A stretch of DNA of 64,000 nt from the NCBI GenBank assembly GCA_017428025.1, contig JAFRRO010000049.1, forward strand, positions 146,152-210,151, in the 5' to 3' direction. The translations under genes and the position numbers were made by a program. Shown in pieces: positions 54,637 to 64,000 of this stretch. How positions within the stretch are numbered: position 1 is the first letter of the stretch; every line of letters begins with the position of its first letter. The DNA comes from Clostridia bacterium (GTDB lineage: Bacteria > Bacillota > Clostridia > Christensenellales > CAG-138). The notes beneath the pieces are model-generated. The model was not told where the DNA came from. It did not search any database and worked only from the letters and a program-made list of their open reading frames with translations.

Positions 54637-55567
54637 ATAGCAACTCCGTGATTCTTGTAATGATCTCCTGCTTGTCCAGTTCCAAAACGTCGAACCAGAC
54701 GGTTTCGCGGTTTCGTTTGAACCATGTGATCTGACGCTTCGCAAAATGCCGCGTCGCAAGCTTGATCGCGTCGATCGCATCCTCAATGCTGCAGCGACCG
54801 CAATAGGATTCGTAAAGCTGCGCATAGCCGATGGACTGCATTGCCGTAAAGCGATCCGGCGTCAATCCGTTTTCAAACAGCCGGTACGCTTCTTCGATCA
54901 GTCCGCGCTCGATCATCTCATCGACGCGTTGATCGATTCGCGCATACAACGCCGTTCGATCCATGTTCAGTCCGACGCGCACAATCCGGTATGTCCCGTC
55001 CCCCGCCTGCGCGGTAGCGAACGTTTTGTTCAGTTCCGAAAACGGCTTTCCGGTCAGTTCAAACACTTCGATCGCACGAACGACGCGCTTTTTGTCGTTC
55101 GGATGCAGACGCTCTGCCGTGACCGGATCAGAAGCGCTGAGACGCGCAAAAAAGGCTTCTTGGTCGCTGTCATATTCTCTTTCCAATATAAGCCGCAAAC
55201 CGGCGTCCGAAGGCGCTGAGAAGCGCATATCGGAAAAGATCGAATCGAGATACAGTCCGCTTCCGCCGACGACGATCGGCAGATGATCGCGCTTTAGGAT
55301 TCCGTCGATCGCATCCCTTGCAAGCGTGCGAAACACCGAGACCGAAAAATCCTTATCCCGAATGTCGGCACAATCGATCAGGTGATGCGGAACCCCGTGC
55401 CGTTCTTCCGATGTCGGTTTTGCCGAACCGATGTCGAGTCCGCGATAGATCGCTACGGCATCCGCCGAAACGATTTCTCCGTTCAATTGCTCGGCAAGAG
55501 AAACAGACAGCGAGGTCTTCCCCGTCGCTGTCGGACCGACGATGCAGAGAACGGTCGGCTTTGTCAT
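54623..55567 (-). CDS. miaA: tRNA dimethylallyltransferase
   Basis: IVGPTATGKTSLS P-loop and GGSGLY motifs. Confidence 0.9.
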   Translation of the reverse strand: MTKPTVLCIVGPTATGKTSLSVSLAEQLNGEIVSADAVAIYRGLDIGSAKPTSEERHGVPHHLIDCADIRDKDFSVSVFRTLARDAIDGILKRDHLPIVVGGSGLYLDSIFSDMRFSAPSDAGLRLILEREYDSDQEAFFARLSASDPVTAERLHPNDKKRVVRAIEVFELTGKPFSELNKTFATAQAGDGTYRIVRVGLNMDRTALYARIDQRVDEMIERGLIEEAYRLFENGLTPDRFTAMQSIGYAQLYESYCGRCSIEDAIDAIKLATRHFAKRQITWFKRNRETVWFDVLELDKQEIITRITELLYEHQ

Positions 55568-57396
55568 ACGATTCTGCGGAACATCTTTTCAAGTTCCGTT
55601 TTTGTAATCCGCACAATGACCGGTCTTCCGTGCGGACAGGTCAACGGGATGCTGCCGCTCAGGAACTCGTTCAGAAGCGTGCGGATCTCCTCCTCGGTAA
55701 CCGGTTCGCCGCCTTTGATTGCGTGCTTGCAGGCGGTCTGCATCATCTTCTCTTTGAGGATCGATTCGCGCGGGTTCTTTCCCTGCTCGTCCAGCAATGC
55801 AAGGACCTCATGGAGATACGTCTCATTCAAAAGTTTTCCGTTCAGCATCGGAACGGCGGACATCGAGAGCGTCAGCGCACCGCTTCTTGTGAGCCCGAAA
55901 CCGAGTTCCAGAAGCGTCGACTGATTCGAATTCCACAGCTCCATTTCGGACGGCGTCAGCGTGATTTCCCTTGCGACCAGCAGCTCCTGAGACGTCTGCT
56001 GAACAGCCTTCGAAACCAGTTCGTCATACAGTTTGCGCTCGTGCGCCGCATGCTGATCGATCAAAAACAGGTTTTCGCCCCGCGCAACGATCCAGTAGGT
56101 CAGAAACGCGCACCCGAGAATCTCAAACGGTTCGTCGTTGAACAGCGGTTCTTCCTTCGGTCTGACCGCTTCCGGCTTCCGCTCGTCGTTTCCGATGCGA
56201 AAACTCGGAACCGTGCCGACGGAACCGGACGGGCGGAACATGTTATAGTTGCTGTCGCGATAGGAATACTGCGCTTTGCCGCTGTTTGAAATTACGTGAA
56301 AGTCGATCTTCGGCCGTTCCGTAATGGAAGCGACTCTCCTGTCCTCTGCGGGTTCCGGCATAGGCGTTTTCACGGAAACGTTATCGAGCGCATGTTCCAC
56401 ATGCTGCATCGAATCGTTGAGCGCAAGCTTTGCGGCCGCAGCTACATTCGAATAGACGCGGTTTTCATCCGCAAACCGGACTTCGGCTTTGGTCGGATGC
56501 ACGTTGACGTCAACTTCCTGCGGCGCAAGATACAGGTTCAGCACATAGAACGGAAACCGTCCGATCATCAGACGCGTATCGTACGCCTGCGCAACGGCGG
56601 AAGAAACGGCAATCGAACGGATCGAACGTCCGTTCACGAAAAGCGTCTGGAAGGAGCGGTTATTTCTCGAAATCTCCGGCAGCCCCAGATAGCCGGTGAT
56701 CTTCATATAGCCGTTGTCATACGAAACGGGAACGAGCTTGTCGGCGATCGTTTTGCCGTACACACAGAAGATCGCGTTGTACAGATCGCCGTCACCGTAC
56801 GTTTCATAGACCGTCTTGCCGTCGGATTCATACCGGAACGAAACCTCCGGTCTTGCGAGAATCATCTTGCCGAGATAATCGCCGATATAGCCCGCTTCGG
56901 TTCGCGTCGATTTCAAAAACTTGAGACGAGCCGGTACCGAAGCAAACAGTTCCTCCACGGTGAACATCGTCCCGAACACGCAGGAAACATCCTCTTCGGA
57001 AAGGACCGTGCCGTTGTCGATCAATAGCCGCGTTCCGACTTCGGCATCTTTCGGTCTCGTAACCATGGTGACGCGAGCAACAGACGCGATCGAAGCAAGC
57101 GCTTCACCGCGAAAACCGAGCGTCAGAACGTGCGTCAGATCATCCGCCGTTTCGATTTTGCTTGTGGCGTGACGGAGAAAAGCGTTTTTGCAGTCCTCCC
57201 GCGCGATGCCGCACCCGTTGTCGATGACCGTGATGCTGCGCATACCGCCGTTTTCGATGCGTACGGTGATCGCCGTCGCACCGGCATCCAGTGCGTTTTC
57301 GACGAGCTCTTTGACGACCGAAGCCGGTCGTTCCACGACCTCGCCGGCTGCGATTTGATTTGCAATCTGCGGTTTGAGAACATGAATGACCGCCAT
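55564..57396 (-). CDS. mutL: DNA mismatch repair protein MutL
   Basis: IAAGEVVERPASVVKELVENALDAG and GFRGEAL GHKL ATPase motifs. Confidence 0.9.
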   Translation of the reverse strand: MAVIHVLKPQIANQIAAGEVVERPASVVKELVENALDAGATAITVRIENGGMRSITVIDNGCGIAREDCKNAFLRHATSKIETADDLTHVLTLGFRGEALASIASVARVTMVTRPKDAEVGTRLLIDNGTVLSEEDVSCVFGTMFTVEELFASVPARLKFLKSTRTEAGYIGDYLGKMILARPEVSFRYESDGKTVYETYGDGDLYNAIFCVYGKTIADKLVPVSYDNGYMKITGYLGLPEISRNNRSFQTLFVNGRSIRSIAVSSAVAQAYDTRLMIGRFPFYVLNLYLAPQEVDVNVHPTKAEVRFADENRVYSNVAAAAKLALNDSMQHVEHALDNVSVKTPMPEPAEDRRVASITERPKIDFHVISNSGKAQYSYRDSNYNMFRPSGSVGTVPSFRIGNDERKPEAVRPKEEPLFNDEPFEILGCAFLTYWIVARGENLFLIDQHAAHERKLYDELVSKAVQQTSQELLVAREITLTPSEMELWNSNQSTLLELGFGLTRSGALTLSMSAVPMLNGKLLNETYLHEVLALLDEQGKNPRESILKEKMMQTACKHAIKGGEPVTEEEIRTLLNEFLSGSIPLTCPHGRPVIVRITKTELEKMFRRIV

Positions 57397-57399
57397 GGA

Positions 57400-60000
57400 T
57401 CAGACTCCCTTCAAAGCATCGATGTAGGCATGCAGTTTCATGAAAGCGTCGATCGGCGTCATACGCTCGAGATCGAGTTTGTTCAGATCGTTCAGGATCG
57501 ATTGCTGCACCTGATTTTCAACCGTTTGCACCGGTTCCGACGCATCCTTCGGCGTGCGTACGAGAAGGTCCGACTGCTCCAGATCGCGCAAAATCTCCTT
57601 GGCACGGGCGATCACGGAATCCGGAAGTCCCGCAAGCTTTGCAACCTGAATACCGAAGCTCTTATCCGCGCTGCCGCGTACGATCTTACGCAGGAACAGA
57701 ACGTCGTCGCCGACTTCCTTGACCGTGATGCGATAATTGACCACGCCTTCGAGCTTTCCTTCCAGTTCGGACAGTTCGTGATAATGCGTCGCAAACAGCG
57801 TTTTAGCACCGCACAGAATCGGATTTGCAATGTGTTCCAGCACCGACCACGCAATCGACAAGCCGTCAAACGTGCTTGTGCCTCTGCCGATCTCGTCAAG
57901 GATCAGTAGGCTGTCCTTGGTTGCATTGTTGATGATGTTCGCCATCTCGCTCATCTCTACCATGAACGTACTCTGCCCCGCTGAAAGGTCGTCGCTTGCG
58001 CCGATACGCGTAAAGATGCGGTCGACGATGCCGATCTCCGCTTCGTCGGCAGGTACGAATGAGCCGATGTGTGTCATCAGCGTGATCAGAGCAACCTGCC
58101 GCATATACGTCGATTTGCCCGCCATATTCGGTCCCGTGACGATCAGAAGACGGTTCTGTTCCAGATCGAGGTTGACGTCGTTCGGGATAAAGCCGTTCTT
58201 GAGACTGCGTTCGACGATCGGGTGCCTGCCGTTGACGATGCGAATGATCGGCTTATCGGAGATCTTCGGCATGACGTATTTGTTCGATACCGCGACTTCG
58301 GCGAGCGATTGATACACGTCAAGCTGCGCGAGCAACGCTGCGTCCTGCTGCAAACGCTCCGTCGTTTCCAGAAGCGCTTTTCGGATCTCGCCGAACAGTT
58401 CGGTTTCAAGCACGAGAAGCCGGTCCGTCGCGCCGAGGATCTTTTGTTCCAGTTCCTTCAGTTCCGGCGTGATGTACCGTTCCGCATTCGCCAGCGTCTG
58501 CTTACGCTCGTAGTAATACGGTACGTTCTGCGTCAGCGATTTCGTAACTTCGATATAGTAGCCGAATACGCGGTTGTATCCGATGCGCAGCGTTTTGATG
58601 CCGGTCGCTTCACGCTCGCGCGCAACGATCTGATCGAGCATCGTCTGACTGTCGCCGGAGATTGCGCGCAGTTCGTCGACTTCCTTGTTGTAGCCCTTGC
58701 GGATCAGCCCGCCGTCCTTGATATTGACGGGCGGATTCGGATCGATTGCCGCGTCGATGAGTCCGATCACATCGTCCATCGGATCGAGATTCTGTGTGAT
58801 ATAGTCGATCGCTTCCGCAGGGATTCCGCAGAGCAGCAGCGTGATCGGCGTGATCTGACGAAGCGAAGACGCGAGCGCGATACAGTCGCGTCCGTTGATC
58901 GTGCCGTATGCGATCTTGCTGGTTAAACGTTCGATATCATAAACGGAGTCGAGATACTCCCGCAGTGTCTTTCTGGTACGCAGATCGCGATAGAACGTAT
59001 CGACCGCCTGCAAACGGTAGACAATGTCGTTTTTGGACTGCAGCGGACAGTCTATCCAGTTGCGCAAAAGGCGCGCGCCCATGCTTGTCTGCGTGGAATC
59101 GAGCAGGTACAGAAGCGTGCTTTTCCTGCTGCCGTTGAACTGCAGCGGCTGCGTGAGCTCAAGGTTGCGGCGCGTGGACGCATCGAGCTGCATGAACGCC
59201 GAGCGATTCAAAAACCGGATGGTGTGGATATGGCTCAGCGCATTCTTCTGGGTATCTTCGAGATAGGACAGCAGCGCACCGGCGGCGCCGACGGCATAGG
59301 TCTTTCCTTCAAAGCCAAAGCCTTTCAAAGATGCGACCGAGAAGTGGTCCATGAGCCGCTTCTCCGCCTGTTCCGGATGAAAGCGCACGTTCGGAAGCTT
59401 TTCGAGATAATAGCCGGATCTGATGCGCTTTGTGAAGTACTCCTGCTCAAACAGCTGTTCGTTTGCTACGATCTCGGACGGCGTCAGCCGCGTAAGCTCA
59501 TCAAAGATCAGCGTCTGCGCGCCGGATCCGTACGCTTCGCAGGCATAGAACACGCCGGTCGAGACGTCGGCATAGGCATAGCCGATCGCATTGTTCGTAT
59601 AGTTGATCGCAAAGATATAGTTGTTTCGGCTGCCGTCGAGCATCTTTTCCTCAATGACGGTGCCCGGTGTAATGACGCGCGTGACCGAGCGCTGCACAAG
59701 CCCTTTTGCGAGCGCGGGATCCTCCATCTGCTCGCAGATCGCAACCTTGTGTCCCTGCGAGATCATTTTATTGACGTACGTATCCACTGCATGGTACGGA
59801 ACGCCGCACATCGGCGCACGCTCGTCCAAGCCGCAGTCACGTCCGGTCAAGGTCAATTCCAGGATTTTCGAGCCTTCGATCGCATCGTCGAAGAACATCT
59901 CATAGAAGTCGCCGAGCCGATAGAAGAGAAAGCAGTCGGGATACTGCTGCTTGACTTCCATGTATTGGCGCATCATCGGCGTCAGTTCATTCATGCACAT
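57400..60000 (-). CDS. mutS: DNA mismatch repair protein MutS
   Basis: LTPMMRQY, FYEMF, GPNMAGKST, DEIGRGTST. Confidence 0.95.
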   Translation of the reverse strand: MCMNELTPMMRQYMEVKQQYPDCFLFYRLGDFYEMFFDDAIEGSKILELTLTGRDCGLDERAPMCGVPYHAVDTYVNKMISQGHKVAICEQMEDPALAKGLVQRSVTRVITPGTVIEEKMLDGSRNNYIFAINYTNNAIGYAYADVSTGVFYACEAYGSGAQTLIFDELTRLTPSEIVANEQLFEQEYFTKRIRSGYYLEKLPNVRFHPEQAEKRLMDHFSVASLKGFGFEGKTYAVGAAGALLSYLEDTQKNALSHIHTIRFLNRSAFMQLDASTRRNLELTQPLQFNGSRKSTLLYLLDSTQTSMGARLLRNWIDCPLQSKNDIVYRLQAVDTFYRDLRTRKTLREYLDSVYDIERLTSKIAYGTINGRDCIALASSLRQITPITLLLCGIPAEAIDYITQNLDPMDDVIGLIDAAIDPNPPVNIKDGGLIRKGYNKEVDELRAISGDSQTMLDQIVAREREATGIKTLRIGYNRVFGYYIEVTKSLTQNVPYYYERKQTLANAERYITPELKELEQKILGATDRLLVLETELFGEIRKALLETTERLQQDAALLAQLDVYQSLAEVAVSNKYVMPKISDKPIIRIVNGRHPIVERSLKNGFIPNDVNLDLEQNRLLIVTGPNMAGKSTYMRQVALITLMTHIGSFVPADEAEIGIVDRIFTRIGASDDLSAGQSTFMVEMSEMANIINNATKDSLLILDEIGRGTSTFDGLSIAWSVLEHIANPILCGAKTLFATHYHELSELEGKLEGVVNYRITVKEVGDDVLFLRKIVRGSADKSFGIQVAKLAGLPDSVIARAKEILRDLEQSDLLVRTPKDASEPVQTVENQVQQSILNDLNKLDLERMTPIDAFMKLHAYIDALKGV

Positions 60001-60322
60001 GCTCCTTTGAACTGCATTCGCTCGTGCAGGTGCTGCAGTTGCAGTCGCACTTCATCGAAAGCGCCGCTTTCTCGCGCAGAACCTTCTCGAGCTCGTCCTT
60101 TGCCGCGACAAACGAACGGTACAGTTCGTTGTTCGAAATCTGATCGGACATGTATTCCACATCATTCGTCAGGCGAATGGCTTCCTGCGCGTCGTAATCG
60201 GGATTCTGAATGAGGTCCATCAGCTGTTTCGTCTCGGATTCATAGGTCTCAATGAGCTTCATCAGCGCCTCGTCCGCTTTCAGCTTCTCGCTTGCTTCCA
60301 GATATGTTTTCAATTCATTCAT
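59987..60322 (-). CDS. YlbF/YmcA-family regulator with Cys-rich C-terminal tail
   Basis: Helical Com_YlbF-like protein positioned between miaB and mutS, like B. subtilis ymcA. C-terminus is MKCDCNCSTCTSECSS. Confidence 0.65.
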   Translation of the reverse strand: MNELKTYLEASEKLKADEALMKLIETYESETKQLMDLIQNPDYDAQEAIRLTNDVEYMSDQISNNELYRSFVAAKDELEKVLREKAALSMKCDCNCSTCTSECSSKEHVHE

Positions 60323-61730
60323 CGATCATTTCTCCTAACAAAGAATTCTTATTGGTTTTCAAAACGCGTACGTTGACGTATCGATTCATCAGAGACGGAT
60401 CTCCCGGGAAGTAAACCATCTTGAAGTTCTGATACTTGCCGTAAAGCATCGCGTCCTCGCCGCGCATATCGCAGCCTTCGACGAGCACTTCGCCTTCAAA
60501 GCCGAGATATTTCTGATTGTTCTCAACGGTCTTTTTTGCCTGCAGCGCGTTAAGCTCCTGCAATCTGCGCTTCTTGACCGCCTCCGGAATCTGATCGGGG
60601 CTCTTTGCGGCAACGGTTCCCTGCCTCGGCGAATATGCAAAGGTGAACGCCGCTGCAAATCCGACCTCTTCGACCAGCGACATCGTATCGAGGAACGCTT
60701 CCTCCGTCTCTCCGGGGAATCCGACGATGATATCCGTGGTAAACTCGATATCCGGTACCGTTTCGCGCAGCTTTCGGATGATGGAAAGATAGCGCTCGCG
60801 CGTGTATCTCCGGTTCATCTTCTTCAGGACTTCGTCGTTTCCCGACTGAACAGGCAGATGCACATGATGGCAGACGTTCGGAAGCGCGGCGATCGCTTTC
60901 ATGACGTCGTCATTGAGGTCCTTCGGATGTGAAGACATAAAGCGCAGGCGTTTCAGCCCGGGTACGTCGGAAACGTATGTAAGAAGCTGTGCAAACGTCA
61001 TTTGTGCGGTGCCGTCGTTTCCGTAGGAATTGACGTTCTGTCCGAGCAGCGTGATCTCCGTGATGCCGCTTTTGACCAGCGACACGACTTCGTCGCGGAT
61101 GTCTTTCGGCGTTCTGGAACGCTCTCTTCCGCGCACGTACGGAACGATGCAGTAGGAACAGAAGTTGTTGCAGCCGTACATGATGTTGACGAACGCGCTG
61201 CGCGGATTGTCGCGAAGCTGCGGCAGACCTTCCGCAATCGCATCCTCTGCGCGATCCGTAACGGCGATGCGTTCTCCGTTCATAACCGACTGCAGCATTT
61301 CGGGCAGTCTGTACAGCACATTGGTTCCGAAGATCAGGCTGACATGCGGAAATCGCTTCAACAGCTTTTTCGCCATGCCCTCCTGCTGCATCATGCAGCC
61401 GCATATGCCGATGATCATGCCGGGCTTTGCATCTTTGAGCTCCTTCAATGCGCCGATATTGCCCATCAGACGCTTTTCCGCATGATCTCTGACGCAGCAC
61501 GTATTGAACAGAATGAGATCCGCTTCTTCCTTCGAAAAAGCCTCCGCGTAACCCAGCTCAACAAGTTCTCCTTTGATCGTTTCGCTGTCGCGCACGTTCA
61601 TTTGACAACCGAACGTTTCGACAAAAAACGTGAGATCACGGCCCGAATTCTCGCGATAGACGGTATCCGCAATCCGCTTTTGCCGCTCCAGTTCCGATTG
61701 TGAAATATAACGATTCTCCGCCATAGACAA
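60315..61730 (-). CDS. miaB: tRNA (i6A37) methylthiotransferase
   Basis: UPF0004 N-domain (FGCQMN), radical-SAM CNNFCSYCIVP, TRAM C-terminus. Confidence 0.9.
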   Translation of the reverse strand: MSMAENRYISQSELERQKRIADTVYRENSGRDLTFFVETFGCQMNVRDSETIKGELVELGYAEAFSKEEADLILFNTCCVRDHAEKRLMGNIGALKELKDAKPGMIIGICGCMMQQEGMAKKLLKRFPHVSLIFGTNVLYRLPEMLQSVMNGERIAVTDRAEDAIAEGLPQLRDNPRSAFVNIMYGCNNFCSYCIVPYVRGRERSRTPKDIRDEVVSLVKSGITEITLLGQNVNSYGNDGTAQMTFAQLLTYVSDVPGLKRLRFMSSHPKDLNDDVMKAIAALPNVCHHVHLPVQSGNDEVLKKMNRRYTRERYLSIIRKLRETVPDIEFTTDIIVGFPGETEEAFLDTMSLVEEVGFAAAFTFAYSPRQGTVAAKSPDQIPEAVKKRRLQELNALQAKKTVENNQKYLGFEGEVLVEGCDMRGEDAMLYGKYQNFKMVYFPGDPSLMNRYVNVRVLKTNKNSLLGEMIDE

Positions 61731-61874
61731 AGTTCCCCATATAAAATCATTTTATTATACAACAGAAACGAAAAAGAGACAAGAACTGTTTTTCCCGCAT
61801 GGTAATCATTGCCGTTCATAGTTTTACGGTTTTTGCAAAAAGTAATGACAGCAACCAACAAGGAGGTGAAACAT

Positions 61875-62066
61875 ATGGCACGAAACGGCGCACTGGTCCC
61901 CGAATCCAAGAATAAGCTCCAGTCCTTCAAGAGCGAAGTTGCTTCCTCTCTGAACATCGATCTGAAGCAGGGTTATAACGGCGATCTGTCCTCGCGCGAA
62001 GCGGGCAGCATCGGCGGTGAAATGGTTAAGCGAATGATCGCTTATGCCGAAAAGAATCTTCATTAA
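61875..62066 (+). CDS. Alpha/beta-type small acid-soluble spore protein
   Basis: LVPESKNKLQSFKSEVASSLNIDL..GDLSSREAGSIGGEMVKRMI canonical SASP motifs. SD AAGGAGGTG. Confidence 0.9.
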   Translation: MARNGALVPESKNKLQSFKSEVASSLNIDLKQGYNGDLSSREAGSIGGEMVKRMIAYAEKNLH

Positions 62067-62086
62067 CCGGAAAGGAGAAACATCAA

Positions 62087-62299
62087 ATGAGTCGTAACGG
62101 AAGTCTGGTTCCCGAAAGCAAACAGGCGCTTCAGAATTTCAAGTATGAAGTCGCGAATTCTCTGAACGTGGATCTGAAACAGGGCTATAACGGCGATCTG
62201 TCCTCGCGCGAAGCGGGCTCGGTCGGCGGCGAAATGGTCAAGCGCATGATTGCATACGCACAGAACAACATGAACGGATCCTCGTCCATGATGAGATAA
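62087..62299 (+). CDS. Alpha/beta-type small acid-soluble spore protein (tandem paralogue)
   Basis: LVPESKQALQNFKYEVANSLNVDL..GDLSSREAGSVGGEMVKRMI. Begins 20 nt after the first copy. Confidence 0.9.
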   Translation: MSRNGSLVPESKQALQNFKYEVANSLNVDLKQGYNGDLSSREAGSVGGEMVKRMIAYAQNNMNGSSSMMR

Positions 62300-62317
62300 A
62301 CAACCGTTGAACACAGG

Positions 62318-62346
62318 ATAAAATCGCCGTTCTGCGGCGATTTTAT
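62318..62346. terminator. Bidirectional hairpin between SASP genes and recG
   Basis: ataaaatcgccg-ttctg-cggcgattttat. Confidence 0.75.
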
Positions 62347-64000
62347 CAATTTCGTGCGATGTGATCAAAGATGCGGAAGCGTTCCTCCGCGCGTTCCAGA
62401 AGCGCATTGTGCATAATATCCGACAGCTCCCGGACCTCCTTTGCCGCCTGTGCCGCAAGCTCCAGAATCTCGACCGTACAGCCGGACAGAATCTCGTTGA
62501 GTTCGCCCGCGCCGCTCTGACGGATGCCGAACAGATCCCCCATCCCGCGCATTTCAAGGTCCTTTTGCGCAATTTCAAAGCCGTCGTTGCAGGTCAGCAT
62601 TGCCTGTATACGCTGTTTGCCGGTCTCGGACGGATGATCGGAAAGCAGATAGCAGCAGGATTGCACCTCTCCCCGTCCGACGCGGCCGCGCAGCTGATGC
62701 AGCGTCGCAAGTCCGAAGTGGTCCGCGCCTTCGATCACCATCGAAGTCGCTTCCGGCACATCGACGCCCACTTCGATGACCGTCGTTGCAATCAGAATTG
62801 CTATCCTGCCTGTGCGGAACGCCTGCATCGTTTTCTGTTTTTCATCGTCCGGCATCTGTCCGTGCAGAATGCCGATCGGCGTTTCGGGAAGCAGCGCGGA
62901 AATCTCCTTCTGCAGTTCATACAGCGAAAGCCCCTCGAAGCCTTCCGTTTCCTCGATCAACGGACAAACGACATATGCACGCTCACCGTGCGCTGCGTTT
63001 TCCGCAAGATGACGGTACAGATCCTTGCGCCTGGTGTTCGGCACATAATAGGTCTGTATCGGTTTTCTGCCCTTCGGCAGTTCGTCGACAATCGAAAGAT
63101 CGAGGTCCGCATAGATCAAAAGCGCAAGCGTGCGCGGAATCGGCGTTGCCGACATGACGAGCACATCCGGGCGGATTCCCTTCTCCTCCATTCGCGCGCG
63201 CTGCATGACGCCGAACCGGTGCTGTTCATCCGTCACGACAAGTCCGAGATCACGGAACCGGACTGTATTCGACAGCATCGCGTGCGTGCCGATCACAAGG
63301 TCTGCTTCTCCGCTTTCGATCCGGTGAAGCGCCGCCGTTCGTTCCGCTTTGCTCAGGCTTCCAGTATACAGACAGGCGTTCGGAAAATGCCGTTTGAGCG
63401 TTTGAAAATGCTGTTCTGCAAGAATCTCCGTCGGTGCAAGAAGCGCGCCCTGCTTGCCGTTATTCGCTGCGACAGACAGTGCGTATTCCGCAATCAGCGT
63501 CTTTCCGGAACCGACGTCGCCCTGAATCAGACGGTTCATGACGGACGGTTTTGAAAGATCGCTTTCGACCTCGCGCATCACGCGCTTCTGTGCGTCGGTC
63601 GGCTGAAACGAAACGGAACGCAGAAACGCGTCGAGCAGTCCCTCCGTACGAAATGCGTAGCCCTTCGTCAGCCGGTGATTCTCCTTTGACGACTGCATCG
63701 CCGTGAAATAGAGGAATGCCTCTTCAAAGGACAGGCGTCTTTTGGCGTCCTGCAGCTGTTCTGTTGTCTTCGGGAAGTGTACCTCGCGGATCGCATGATG
63801 AATGTCGATCAAACGATATCGTTTCAGCCATTCATCCGGTAAATACTCCGTTACTTCGGTCGTTGACAGTACCGCGTCGATCGCGTCGCGGATCACCGTC
63901 TGCGGCAGACCTTTGACCGTCTGATACACCGGAACGATGCCGCGGCGTTCCTTGCTGATCTGCGGATTATAAAGAACGGTCCCGCGCTTTTTGTTGACGA
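62346..64000 (-). CDS. recG: ATP-dependent DNA helicase RecG (N-terminus outside window)
   Basis: RLIQGDVGSGKT Walker A, VVTDEQHRFGV DEQH box, LHQLRGRVGRG motif VI. The frame stays open to the window edge. Confidence 0.9.
   Translation of the reverse strand, partial: VNKKRGTVLYNPQISKERRGIVPVYQTVKGLPQTVIRDAIDAVLSTTEVTEYLPDEWLKRYRLIDIHHAIREVHFPKTTEQLQDAKRRLSFEEAFLYFTAMQSSKENHRLTKGYAFRTEGLLDAFLRSVSFQPTDAQKRVMREVESDLSKPSVMNRLIQGDVGSGKTLIAEYALSVAANNGKQGALLAPTEILAEQHFQTLKRHFPNACLYTGSLSKAERTAALHRIESGEADLVIGTHAMLSNTVRFRDLGLVVTDEQHRFGVMQRARMEEKGIRPDVLVMSATPIPRTLALLIYADLDLSIVDELPKGRKPIQTYYVPNTRRKDLYRHLAENAAHGERAYVVCPLIEETEGFEGLSLYELQKEISALLPETPIGILHGQMPDDEKQKTMQAFRTGRIAILIATTVIEVGVDVPEATSMVIEGADHFGLATLHQLRGRVGRGEVQSCCYLLSDHPSETGKQRIQAMLTCNDGFEIAQKDLEMRGMGDLFGIRQSGAGELNEILSGCTVEILELAAQAAKEVRELSDIMHNALLERAEERFRIFDHIARN

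Noticed and set aside
61780-61874. Sigma-G/sigma-F forespore promoter for the SASP genes (GCATG..CATAGTT)
   Set aside because: The spacing between the candidate -35 and -10 is about 15 nt rather than the 17-18 nt I expect, and the consensus is too degenerate to call without TSS data.

Overview
The window looks like a 64 kb chromosomal segment of a high-GC (roughly 55-58%) spore-forming Clostridia genome. spoIIID, two alpha/beta SASP genes and a ymcA-like gene support spore formation, and a dockerin-bearing protease suggests an Oscillospiraceae/Ruminococcaceae-like organism; the taxon call is only an inference. Genes are densely packed and often translationally coupled. Most are core functions. 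These include tRNA modification and processing (tadA, truA, mnmA, trmK, miaA, miaB, rnpB, tRNA-Ser-CGA, tRNA-Ala-GGC), the ECF energizing module, glyQS, mutS-mutL, recD2, recG, lexA, thyA-folA, murI, a PBP1A and a two-component system.

The non-housekeeping content is as follows:
1. A tightly coupled yqeC-yqeB-xdhC-selD operon (2.5-6.0 kb). These are the marker genes of the poorly understood selenium-dependent molybdenum hydroxylase trait.
2. A second selenium locus at 24.8-27.5 kb. It has a NifS-like lyase gene divergent from yedE-yedF(TusA-like)-DUF3343. A YGTTATTYT-type motif is shared with the first locus, and two divergent promoters overlap at their -10 boxes.
3. A complete oxidative ornithine (Stickland) operon, ord-ortA-ortB-oraS-oraE-reactivase-orr, with birA coupled to its end.
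4. A preQ1-I riboswitch in front of an unusual QueT::PAP2 fusion gene that is coupled to a YwaF-family membrane protein gene.
5. A 64-aa Cys/Gly-rich two-helix peptide gene, followed by an HMA (GMxCxxC) mini-protein whose stop overlaps the mnmA start.
6. Several recurring cis architectures: hairpins whose loop carries a -10 box and whose 3' arm is the next gene's SD, and rnpB embedded between two CDSs without visible signals.

I saw no CRISPR array, transposase, prophage or toxin-antitoxin module. All calls come from reading the translated ORFs and the DNA by eye; no database search was run. RNA and regulatory coordinates are good to about +/-2 nt.
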